In this document: piece by piece, positions 27,261 through 38,880 of the stretch | Layout: every line of letters begins with the position of its first letter | How positions within the stretch are numbered: position 1 is the stretch's first letter | Assembly: GCF_009834535.1 (NCBI RefSeq) | Contig: NC_045696.1 | Span: forward strand, 115,384,001 to 115,448,000 | Reading direction: 5' to 3' | DNA length: 64,000 nucleotides | Origin: Camelus ferus | Taxonomy: Eukaryota | Notes under the pieces: model-generated | What the model was told of the DNA's origin: nothing | Seen by the model: only the letters and a program-made list of their open reading frames with translations | Databases searched by the model: none | Position numbers and translations under genes: made by a program

Positions 27261-27445
27261 CAGTGGTTGTTCCTTAAGTGTCATCCTCAGCCCCGCCAGC
27301 AGCAACAACACCTGGGTCCTTGTTAGAAATGCAAATATTGAGCCCCCAGCCCAGAACCTGGAATCATAAACCCTCAGGGCAGTAATCAACAGTCTGGGCT
27401 TTATTAAGCCTTCCACGTGGTACAGAAGAGTTTGGGAATTACTCC
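27261..27445. mobile_element. MER5A-like hAT-Charlie relic
   Basis: ccagcagcaacaacacctgggtccttgttagaaatgcaaatattgagccccc...gagtttgggaattact. Confidence 0.75.
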
Positions 27446-28460
27446 TTTACAGCCACAGGATTATTCTTGATTCACAGAAGTTCCCAACATCTTGGCTCCA
27501 TCATTATTGGATGTTCTGAGAGCCAAAAGAGTGAAAGAAAATTTTAAGATGAAAATAATCAAGGGTGAAAACTTAGGTCAGCCGTCAGAGATCTGTTGCG
27601 TCTGTCTCTCTGCCAATTTTCAGTCCAGAGCCTGATGGGGATATGACCTCAACTTCTGAAAGAAAGGCAAATACCTAAAAGATTAAATCTGTTGACAGGA
27701 GCATCTGTATCTATCAATTACCCAGTACCTAGCAAGCTTCGTAATAGCTCTGTGTGGAATGGATTAAATATATGCTATAGGATTGAGGAAGATGATCCCC
27801 ACTGACTTTTAGAAAGGGAGGCTCCAACTCGCTAAGATATTGATAAAGATTGTTGAGGTGACTGTTAGGAACCAAGAGCATCACTGGGATATTAAGTTAT
27901 AAGCCCTCACACACAGCTGACGAGACACGTCCAGTCTTCTGCCCTAGAAGGAGCCCTTCCTTGTGGGCTTGAAAGAAAGAAATGAGGGCAAGTTATCTGG
28001 GGAAGGAAAACACAAGACTAACTCTAATCAGCTCCCTCTCTTTCGAACAGAGACCTTGCCTCCTGAGGGAGAGCCATAGTCCAGCCGTCTGCCCAGACTC
28101 TGAACCACTGTGGAGACGAGCAGCATTTGGGATATGGGTCCAGTGTCCCTAGAGCATCTTTCAAAATGGCAGCCCACAGCTCACAGGGTAGATTTTGTCT
28201 CACACGGGAATTGACACACACACACAGTTACTAACCCTTAAAATTTGGAAATTTTACATGGCTTTTTTTGGCTTTCACCAAAATAATAAAGCATCTGATA
28301 AAACTGGACATGTATTTCTAAGATGGCAGGAACTGGCTAGAGTGGAAAATGAGCTATCCCATTTTTGCAGAGCTGTGTGCTCTCCTGTTTATCAAAGTGA
28401 GTACCGCCATCACTGTCAATTTCCCCACTTCACTCCTTCACATCATCTGCCTTTTCCTGG

Positions 28461-28482
28461 TGTGTGTGTGTGTGTGTGTGTG
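28461..28482. repeat. (TG)11 microsatellite
   Basis: Directly visible. Confidence 0.95.
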
Positions 28483-30118
28483 ACTCTTGCCTACTATCAT
28501 GCCTGCATTTACTTGATGAAATCCCAGTGTAAACCAGAGAGGTCCATCCTGAGGTCAAGAACATTTAAGAGATGTAAGATCTGAAGACACACAAAGTTCA
28601 TCTGAGCTTCATTTGACCACTTGTTGGATCCTGCCTGATTCCCCAGGGATCTGGATAATTCTTACTGAGCCCCTGTGCTTCTGGAGCCTCTGATCTCCCT
28701 TCTGCTTGGCCTGATCCTCCTGCCCTCCCTCCTTTTCACTAACTGCACCCTCTCATTCTCTGCCGCCTATCCCAAGTCAAGCTTTCTTTGATCCGGTACT
28801 GACCACCACCTCCTTCTGATGGCTTCCGCAATCTTTACCTAACTTGGCAACCTGATTTCTTCAGCCATCTTACCCCCAAATTTTAGCCAGTGATAGGAAC
28901 AGCCTAGTTTCCTGATATATTTTCCTATAAAATGAAAGTAATCTTACATGACCTCTCAAATCACATGGTCCTCCTAAAAAATAATGGCCAATCCCAATGA
29001 AACTCATTGATCCTGGCTTCAGGAGGAAAATCCAAAAGTTGAATCACCCATTTCTTGAAACAGGCTCTGTCTCAAATACTTTTCATCAGAATAATTAATC
29101 TGCACCTGGTGTACGGGGCACACAGTGAGATCAGCAGATAAATCACCAAGCTCACTGTGTCTGAATCTACTTGATGCAATTGTCTCGAACTAGATTGTAA
29201 TTTGGGCCGCTTCGGGAAGCATCTCAAAAGTTGCAGTCAGAAATCGCTTGCCTTTCTATAATTTCTCATGCACCCAGGACATGGGAAATCTACTTCAAAT
29301 GATTTAACAGTAGACAGAATTACTCACCTGACCCCTTAAGACATTAAGAGTTTTGATCAGGTTACTGTAAGACTTGATTTTAAAAGTACAGTGGATCAGT
29401 TTTTTGCATGGTATTTCCAAGTCCCAGACCCTTGGAGGTGTGATAGAGTTTGAAGTACAAATATTTTTCTAATATGGTCTGGTGGCACCTCCTCCTGCTC
29501 CTTGTCCTCCTCCAAAACAGCAAATCCACTGTCCCCTCCCCTTTCATGGTATCAGAGCCCTGTTCTCTGGTACCCAAATGACATCATGTTTACTTTTTAA
29601 CCTCTAGTGATCAGCACAGGCTTGGACATATGAGGGTTCAATCAAGCTCACCCCAAAAGTTCCAGGGCCAAGACAAGACTTCAGATGGAGACCACAGGCC
29701 AAAAAATGTTTACAAGTTGTACCTCAGACTTCACTAGCAGCCCCACAGCTGCACCCCCAAGATTGTCCTTGTGCCCTGAAGGGTAAGGACTGTCCCCATT
29801 TAAATCAGCCCCGGCCCTACCAAGTGGTAGCCCAGATCTGCAGGGGCAGGGCAAAGGTGGTGCCCCAAGCCAGGACTTTGGCTGGTGACTGGACCCACCC
29901 AAATCAGGCAGCCTGTGGGGGAAGCAAGCTTTCTCCCCACCATCATTTTGTGGACTGAGGATTCCCAGGTAGCATTTCCTGGACCACTATAGCAGAGGGG
30001 AGGGAGGGGAGGTTTTGAGGTCACTTTGTCTGCCTGGATGTATATTTTGGTGATTTGATTATTTCTCTTTCTCTGGTTTCCAGTTGGAGACTGTGACCTC
30101 CTCTCAGCTCTTGACACA

Positions 30119-30208
30119 CATAAGCATGCATGCACACACATGGACACACAGGCATAAGCATGCATGCACACACATGGACACACAGGCACAAGCATGTATG
30201 CACACATG
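30119..30208. repeat. 34-bp tandem repeat x2.6 (cataagcatgcatgcacacacatggacacacagg)
   Basis: Exact copies at 30119-30152 and 30153-30186; a diverged partial third copy follows. Confidence 0.9.
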
Positions 30209-31639
30209 AACCTGTGAGCGCTCAGGCTCTGCACTCCAGCCCCTGCGGCACCCAGTTCAGTCCTCGACTTCCCTTTTCTGTAACTCTCATCTCCTCAATT
30301 TTTTTTTCCTCAATTTGTTATTGAACTCTCTAAAAAGTGTTTTTATGACATCAAAACTTACAAAAATAGACTTTTGTTTCAGTGGCTTGTGATGTGTGGG
30401 AGCCCCAGCCCAATGCAGGGGCCATTCCTGTCCATGTCTAAGAGGGTGGTTCTGTGCTCAATAGATGTTGGTTAAATTAGATCAAATACCAAGGAAAGAA
30501 ACCACCAGTAATAATTTCTAAAAACTTGTGTGTGTTTTTTTTTTTGTCATGAAACACCTTTTTATACTTCAGAATGTCAGCATATTTAAGAGGAAGCAGC
30601 TGTTCTGTTCACTTGCTGGAACGTCTGGTTGACACTTAAATTCCCACAAAGAAGAAGGAAATAAATTGTATATAATTCTGAGTCTTCAGTCCACAGGAAA
30701 ATGGGATGAGCATCTCTAGGTTGTAATATTAATTTCTCTTACCTGGGAGGAAACTTAAGTAACTCATCTCTGGTTCTCTTGCTTGGGTTATGAGGTCTGT
30801 AACTGGGAGAATAAATGTCTTACCCGGAGCATGTCACTTGGCTGTTCTGTTTTATTATCTAGAATTCAAGTTGTTGATTATTTTCTGGAAACTTTTATTA
30901 TACTTTATGAATTTTTTTTTTAAAAAAGTACTTCCAGTACTTTTAAAGCACTCAAGAATGAGAGTCAAAATGGGCCACTCTGAATACTGACAAGTTTCCT
31001 TTCATTCTCTTCTAAAGCCCTACTCCACAAAGTATTAGCAATCTGTTTTGATGCCAAAACCAAATAGTGACAGTTACAAAAATGAATATTTGCTACAGGG
31101 AGCTGGCATAAAAATTGCATGGAAATATAAAACCCAATATCTCAAACCTCTCTCTTCCCACTGAAGTGCACCCATGATTTTCCACTCCCTGTCACATGTA
31201 CAGTTCCTAGAGGGTCATTGGTTGAATGGTGCAAAGAAATCTGAATTTGCCTCTGGGAAACATTAGGAAAAGTGAATTGTTATTCTAGTTTCTCATCTTT
31301 GGGGGAAAAAAGAAAAGAATAGGGTACAATAAGGAAGGCCTGTGGATGACTCTTACCATTTTGCAAAAGGGTTTATTTGAGGGCTGTTGGTTTTCCTTTT
31401 TTTTTTCCCCTTCCTCCTAAGTGTATTCCAGCAACTTAATACTTGAACATAAATGGATGATTGGACATGCATGATCGACTTTAACTAGGGCCATGTCTTG
31501 TTTCTTTTAAAGTCAAAATTTTAAGATGCTATCTTCAAACATTCATAAGACATCATGACCAATTGGAATTAATGGAAAGGGGTGTAGTTGGTCCTTTTAT
31601 GCAAAAAAAAATCACAATTTTAACAATAAAAAAATAAAT

Positions 31640-32130
31640 GAAGAGCATGTGCTTCTGACCCAGACTGAGTCTGAGTTCAAACCATTCCACTGCTGCTGGT
31701 GGCTCTGGCATTTGGCATGTTCCCAAGCCTCTCCATCCCTCAGCTTCTTCTCTAAGATGAGGATAAAAATGATATGCCCCTCTTAGCTTTTTTGTTTTTA
31801 ATTCAAGTATAGTTGATTTGCAATGTTGTTCAATGTTGTGTTAGTCTCAGGTGTACAGCAAAGTGGTTCAGTTATACTATAATACATATTGTACTGTTAT
31901 ATAATATTTAATACATACTATACTATGTATTCTTTTTCAGATTCTTTTCCATTAGAGGCTATTACAAAATATTGAATATAGTTCTCTGTTATACCGTAGG
32001 ACCTTGTTGTTTATCTATTTTATATATAGTAGTTTATATCTGTTAATCCCAAACTCCAAATTTCCCTCTTAATTTTTTTTATGAGGACTGAATGAATTAA
32101 TACCTGTGATTGCTTTAAAAGTGCTTCTAC
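31640..32130 (+). mobile_element. MIR split by a young L1 fragment
   Basis: ctgagttcaaacc...cctcagcttcttctctaagatgaggataaaaatg [L1] atgaggactgaatgaattaatac. Confidence 0.65.
31786..32063 (-). mobile_element. Young L1 3' end inserted into a MIR
   Basis: Shared L1 motif; direct repeat CCCTCTTA at 31778-31785 and 32064-32071. Confidence 0.85.
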
Positions 32131-32684
32131 CATCATTAACTATAATTGCGTTGTTCATACATTCACTCATTTGTTCATTTATTGTTTTTTTTTTCAGTCA
32201 GTATTTATTGAATGCCTTTTTTTATACCAAGTAGAAGTGCAAGGGTATAGCAATGACCAAAACTGTTGAAGGATTAAGTTTACTATTATTTCAAGTCCTC
32301 ATGGGATGTCTCACAGACCACTCAGTACAGGATGGATATCTATTTTTTTGTTTGTTTGTTTTATTTGTGCAGGATGGATATCTATTGTCTTTTCCATTCC
32401 CGGTGGCTTAGCACAGCACCTAGCACAAACAAACTGCCCAATGAATGTTAATGGGATGAAATTCAAGTGCATGAGTCACTGCAACCTACAATAACAATTT
32501 GGAATTGCAGTAAGGATTTAGAATTGGGAGATGCAATGTCAAGTCCTAGTTTTACTGAAATTTCCCAATCTAAAATCCAAGATAGCTATACTATGAAACC
32601 ACTAAGATCCTTTCTATGATTCTGCAAAGTAACTGAAATGATGATATGTTGACTGGTTATAAATTGATTTTTCTCAAATTGGAT

Positions 32685-33170
32685 AAACTTTTAATTTTAG
32701 AATAGCTTTAAATCTATAGAAAAGGTGCAAGAATATCACGGGGCAGGGGGGGTCCTCTGCATGCTCTCAGTTTCCCTTATTGTCAACATCTCATCACTAC
32801 AGAGCGTTTGTCAAAGGTAATGAACTGATATTAATGCCTTACTAATTAGCTGAAGTCCATACTTTATTCAGATTTCCTAAGTTTTTACCTAATTTGTTTT
32901 TGACCCCAGGATCCCAACTAGGACAACACATTATATTTAGTCATTCTATCTCCTTAGACTTGTCAATTTTTCAGACTTTTCTTGTTTTGGTGACCTTGAC
33001 ATTTTTGAGGACTACTGGTCAGGAATTTTGTAGAATATCCTTAAATTTAGGTTTATGTATGCTTTTCTCATGGTTAGACAGGGGTTATGAGTTTGGGGGA
33101 GGAAGATCACAGAGGTAGTTCTTGACATCACATAATGTCAAGAGTATATGCTATTAACATGATCAATGAT
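32685..33170 (-). mobile_element. L1MC-like 3' end
   Basis: aagtccatactttattcagatttcctaagtttttacctaat...ccaggatccca...actggtcaggaattttgtagaatatcc. Confidence 0.75.
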
Positions 33171-33276
33171 TCAAAATTATATTTTAATGAGTGGATAAGA
33201 ATAATGTAAAATTGGTTATTTAATGTACCATATTAAAGAAAATCTCTTCGCTGTATGTAATTTTATATGCAATGTG

Positions 33277-33625
33277 CAGTCATCCCTCACTCTGTACAGG
33301 GAGTTGTTTCCAGAACCCCTACAGATACCAAAATCCATGGATGCTCGAGTGCCTTATATGAAACGACATAGTATTTGCATATAATCTATACACATCCTCC
33401 CATTTACTTTAAAAACATCATCTCCGATAACTTATACTACCTAATACAATGTAAATGTTACATAAATAGTTGCAAATACAATGTAAATGCTATGTAAATA
33501 GTTGCCTACACACAGTAAATTCAAGTTTTGCTTTTTAGAACTTTCTGGGGTTTTTAAAAAAATATTTGTAATCTCCGGTTGGTTGAATCCACAGATGCAA
33601 AACCCCAGATATCAAAAGCCAACTG
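33277..33625. mobile_element. MER2-family (TcMar-Tigger) non-autonomous DNA transposon
   Basis: CAGT...ACTG termini; gataccaaaatccatggatgctcgagtgccttatat and gttggttgaatccacagatgc blocks. Confidence 0.85.
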
Positions 33626-36513
33626 AATAAAAGAATTGATTCTTTTGTGGCATAATCTTAAAATATATTTACCTTACTTTAAAAAAAAAAAAGTCCCCCT
33701 AACTTCTGATAAATGAAAAGTAAGTGAAAAATTCATGTCTTGTTATAAATTAATAGTAATCCTACCTTGTGGACCCAAGATCTATATATTACGTTTCAAG
33801 TGAAAAATATAACTGTATTTCTTTCAAATTAGCCTCAAGCTTGAGAAAATAACAGATCTTTGCTCAGCTGTGTGGTCTAAAAGATGCAGCAAAGTAAGAA
33901 GCCGGGAAGATAAGTGAAGCATTTTGATACTAATTCCCCTAAGCTGGTCTCATGCAAGGGGCTTGCTCTAAGAAATGTTAATACTTCACTAAACCCTGGG
34001 CATAGAGAATCTGGAGTCTCTAATCTTTGGCGTCCTTGGTATAAAGGTACATTATCCTCTGGGGTTAGGAAAGACACTAATGCAGCTGTCATAGGGACTG
34101 GATGAGCCACGGTTTTGTTTATTCTATACTTTTGTTACGAATTTCACCGCAAATAGAGAAGTTGGTTGAGGGTTACTATAATCTATGCCATGTATAATTT
34201 TCTGATCAAGCCATAAAATAAATATTGTCAACCCTTTTCCAAAAGGAAAAGTTGTTGGAAGCAGGGTGTTACTAGGGATATCCTTAGATTTAAATGAAAA
34301 TAAACGCCCACAGTATTACACTCGGGTTCCAGCCTGTGACCACACTAAGTTTCAGTATACCTGTATTTATGGTTGTCACTCCCCACAGAACTGATCATCA
34401 AAACAGTTTAGTGGTTTTAGCCCACTACCGTTTGTGACCTTAAGGTGGAGGTTCACAATCACGGCCAAGAGCATCACTCACAACATTTTTTCCTCAAACC
34501 CCTGATTTCTTCATTCCATGAAACACTTTTCCTGACTCACTGGATACTACTTGTGCAGCCTTTGGAAATTCCCTTAACTCCTGACATTTCTTCATTTGTG
34601 CAGGTTAGCCATTGGCAATTATTCACAGACACACATGCACATGCTTTCCAAGAATAATTTCTGGTTTGCTAGAAGCAATGAATGCCTACTGGACCATCTC
34701 AAGTTGGTCATTGTGTTTTATGCCGTAGGTCTCAGAAATACTTTTTGGCTGTTACCTGATATTTTAATATGGGGACCTTAGTAGGCAAGTAAACACTAAT
34801 CAGGAGGTGGACTTTTCAGCCTTCAAGGAAATAAAATGTGTTCTGGTGGGAATATTTGATGTTAGGGTAATTTTACTTATTTTCCTCTAGCCATGAGATA
34901 AACTAGTCATAGCAATATGATTTTTTTTTAGGTAACATGATTGGTGGATATATTCTCCATGCCACTGAAAGGGATTTACTTAGTGATTTTACAGTAAAAT
35001 AAGTGATTAAAAGTATATGAAGCGTCAGGCAAAGGAAAGACCCAGAAGAATTGTTTTACACAACAGCCCTCAACAAGAGCTCATTTCTCTTCTGATTGAC
35101 TAGTGTTTCTGATGCCATATTTGGGAAAAAGCCATAACCCACCTCATGCACATCCCCCCCTCTGTCTCTGGATCAAAGGGGAAATCCAAGCTGAAAGGCA
35201 TCTTGTAACCGCAGTCAACTCTTGAGATCATCAACTACCACGAAGTAAGCGTTTATGAGGACAACACTTCATTGCAGGTAGACTCCCATCCTTAACAGCC
35301 ACCACCCACTCTATTCATCGTGGACTTTTCAGTGTGGCATTGGATGGTGACCATCACAGTATATGGAATAAGACACAATTTCAAGAGCAGCTGTAGCTGG
35401 AGAGGCAGCTGGAGAATATTCTGAAGAGGAACTTAAGAACTAGCATAGCCAGGAGGCAGGAAAAAGTAATCTAAGAGTAGGAAGGTTAGGGCATAAGGCT
35501 CCTTGGCAGTTCATTTTTGGATATGGCAAACGGTGCTAACATTGTGTTAAGTAGCACATTTGGGACGGGAGCTGTGTATACCCAAGTGAAGTAAGGACAA
35601 GCTGGTTTCACTTTGGAGGCTGACCTCTCTAGATTTAGAATCAGGTTTCAGAGCCAGAAGGTTGTACAGTTACAGTGCATCCACACTTTCCTCGTCATCA
35701 CACTCTGAAAAGCTGTGACATTAACATGGTGTGACCAGTCTGTGAATTCCTTATAAAGAGTGGCCATTGATGTTTGATACTTTTGTGTCACGAACTTCCT
35801 GAACATAACCTGGTGCAGAACGTGCGTTTAATAAATATGCCAGATTAGAATTCCTCGTATTTGTATATCTATGATTATTGTACTTGTTGAAGATAGAGCT
35901 CTTTGCAGATAAGGCAGTGATTTTTTTTATCTGAACAAAGTAATGTCTTATTAGGGTTCATTTTCTGTATTTTGCACAAGCACACACAGCAGGATCAGTT
36001 TTTTGTTTTTTGGTTTTTTTTTTTTTTTTTTTTTTTTAGTAGTTAAGGAAGGAGATATAGAAGGAAAATAAAAAGACAAGTGGTAATGAAAAAAAAGAAA
36101 ATATCTTAAAAGCATTAACCCGCCATTTTATTTCTTTAAAAGCCATCCTTGTGGAAATATACAAAGCTCAATACGCTGTAAAGATTATTTTACTAAGGCC
36201 GTATGTTAACAAGAGAAATTTGTGAATATGTTTATTTACTCCCTGGAAAAATTAGCATGTTTGTTATCTATTTTAAGAATTGCCTGAATGTTTTATATCA
36301 CTATAAAAACTGTATGTGGTCATCTACAGCCATACCTCCGTTCCTCGGGAGATGATTGACGTATAGTTGACAAGCGTCGATTGCTCGGTGTGTTTATTGT
36401 TATTAGCAGAGAGTATATTAGTGACCCGTGTCCAAATAGGGAAGGCTAATACCACTGTTTTTTGTTTTTTGTTTTTTTTTTTTCCTTTTTCTTCTGTGCT
36501 ATTTTGAACGCAG

Positions 36514-36744
36514 ACAGCACCACAGGGACACCAGCAATATCGACGACAACGGTGGAAGTTCGCAAAAGCAGTGTTATGACAACTGAGATCACCTCCAAAG
36601 TGGAGAAAAGCCCCACGACAGCCCCTGGCAATAACTCGTGTCCTTCCGCGGAGACCGAGGAAGAAAAGGCGAAACGGCTCCTCTACTGTTCGCTATGCAA
36701 GGTCGCCGTCAACTCCGCGTCTCAGCTGGAGGCGCACAACAGTG
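36514..36744 (+). CDS. ZNF385D: ZNF385D internal coding exon (231 nt, phase 1-1): (D)STTGTPAISTTTVEVRKSSVMTTEITSKVEKSPTTAPGNNSCPSAETEEEKAKRLLYCSLCKVAVNSASQLEAHNS(G); carries most of matrin-type zinc finger 2
   Basis: Translation (ORF 36462..36800) matches the ZNF385D sequence I recall and has a C-x2-C-x12-H motif. Acceptor cAG at 36512-13, donor G|GTGAGA at 36745. Confidence 0.95.
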
Positions 36745-38110
36745 GTGAGATGCAGCGATTTCTTTTCTGTCTCAACAGCTCTGCAATTATCTGCCTCTGA
36801 ATAGATTAGCTTTTTTGCAGCAGGGGACAGAGGGGCGGCGGGAAACTGGCAGTTATTACATGGAATTCATTAACCATTAGAAAGTGAAAATGACAAGCAA
36901 AGTGTCATTTATATGGGGGCCAGGCAGGGTTTCCAGGGCTCTGGTGCCGTGCTGTGTATGTGTCTGTGTGTATGGATGTGTGTTTGTGTTTTATTAAACA
37001 TTAGGAGAGACAGTCAAATATTCTAAATTATAAGCTTTGCGTGTACATGGTTTCTGGATTGCTGTGTTACTTCTAAATGAAGTTTTCTCAAGTTGTACCG
37101 GTAATATCGTTGCAAAATTTGGTGGCATGACTCCATGTACTTTTGGTTAAAACCTCCCTATCATGGTTTCATGGCAAATAATGTTGTTCAGGCTAAGTCT
37201 GTTTGACTCAGACAATTAAATTTAAGAAAGTGCTTATTATAGGCAGCCACTCAGGTTATGATCGCTACACGTAATACTTTATTTACTCCTTCTGACAAAT
37301 CTAAATATATTTTTCTTCTTTTTTGATTGAGTCTCCGAGATGACACATGACCAATTAGGTGACAGAGCCATTATTTAAACCCAGGTTTCTCTAACTTAAA
37401 CACTGAATTTTAATACAGCATAACAGACAATACCGATAAGCCCAGATGAATGTTCTCCTGATATATTTTGATTCTGTCTACCTGCTCCCCCTCAATATCT
37501 ATATTTTTATCTCTATCTATACATAAAGATGATATATACCTGTATCTAAACCAATCGACATAGATATGTAGAGTGTAGGTCCATAACCCATATTAATTTG
37601 TATAGATATAGATTATATATATATATATGTATATTTATAGCCTGCCTGAGATTCTATCCAGCCCTTTGGCCCAAGATCAGCTCTTCTCTGAAAGACTGGG
37701 TTCATTGCCAGGACTCTCTTAGCAATTACAACAGAAAAAGAATCATTTGTGAATCATACCCTGAGTTAATAGTGCAGCTGTGTGTTGATGGAGGCATTGA
37801 CCAATCATTGGGCTGCACTCGTAATATTTAAGTATTGACTTCAAGACTCTAAGGGAGTAATTGCAGATGGAGAACAATTCCTTGTGCACATGTCTTCCTC
37901 CTGCAGGCAGCATGAGCTGTGGTCAGGGAGAGGTCAGGAGTTCAGGGGCTGAGACACACAGAAAAGCATCTGGCCCCATGTCAGAATCTGTTTTGGTAAA
38001 ACCATTCAGATTTTACCCGTGTTTACTCCTGCAAATACATTCTTCCTGGATGCAAGATAATTGGGAGACCATGGATATCATTGGAAGTCCATTTATTTCT
38101 CAAGAATTCC

Positions 38111-38628
38111 TTTTTTTTTAATTGAAATTACAATGTGTTTGTTTCTTGTGTCAGCACAATGTCCCAGTCATATATATATATATATATATGCATATATATA
38201 TGCATATATATATATGCAAAATGAATATATATATATTCATTTTCATATTTTTTAGGAAAGGTTATTACAAGATGTTGAATATAGTTCCCTGTGCTATACA
38301 GCAGAAACTTTTTAATTCTATTTTTCTATATAGTGGTTAACATTTGTAAATCTCAAACTTCCAAATTTATCCCTTCTCACCCCCTTTCCCCGATAACCAT
38401 GATTTTTTACTATGTCCGTGAGTCTGTTTCTGTTTTGTAGATGAGTTCATGTTGTCCTTTTTTTCTTTCTTTCTTTTTTTTTTAGATTCCACATATGAGT
38501 GATATCATATGGTATTTTTCTTTCTCTTTCTGGCTTACTTCACTTAGAATGATAATCTCTAGGTCCCTCCATGTTGCTGCAAATTGCATTATTTTAGTCT
38601 TTTTTATGGCTGAGTAGTATTCCATTGT
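38111..38628 (-). mobile_element. L1 3' end of a second subfamily (about 520 bp) with an internal (TA)n expansion
   Basis: Variant tail (cagcacaatgtcccagtcat...) followed by the conserved L1 block gattccacatatgagtgatatcatatggtatttttctttctctttctggcttacttcacttagaatg. Confidence 0.85.
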
Positions 38629-38666
38629 ATTCTTGATCATTCCTCATAGTAACAGAGATACATATT

Positions 38667-38880
38667 GTTTTTCTTTTAATTTTTTAAAATTTTTTATTGA
38701 TGTGTAGTTGATTTACAGTGTTAGTTTCAGGTATACAGCAAAGTGATTCACTTATACATACACATACATACACAATTACATGTATTTTTAGATTCTTTTC
38801 CATTATGGGTTATTACAAGAAACACAGTTCCCTGTGCTGTACAGTAGGTCCTTGTTGTTTACCTATTTTATATATAGCAG
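38667..38880 (-). mobile_element. Young L1 3' end fragment
   Basis: T-rich tail then ttgatgtgtagttgatttacagtg...ttccctgtgctgtacagtaggtccttgttg. Confidence 0.85.

Larger units (their letters stand above)
1..36513 (+). other. ZNF385D: Large ZNF385D intron (5' end lies upstream of the window), phase 1
   Basis: No upstream ZNF385D coding exon (N-terminus or first zinc finger) is recognisable in 1-36513. The intron ends in a long pyrimidine tract (36457-36495) and ...gaacgcAG at 36512-36513. Confidence 0.85.

Noticed and set aside
12841..30208. 34-35 bp repeat units (12.8 kb, 30.1 kb) and dispersed about 200-bp repeats as a CRISPR-like or novel array
   Set aside because: The units are head-to-tail with no spacers, the dispersed copies are L1 3' ends, and the DNA is mammalian with no cas-like ORFs.
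33443..33506. 32-bp tandem duplication
   Set aside because: It lies inside the MER2-family element and, as I recall, is part of that subfamily consensus, so it is not locus-specific.
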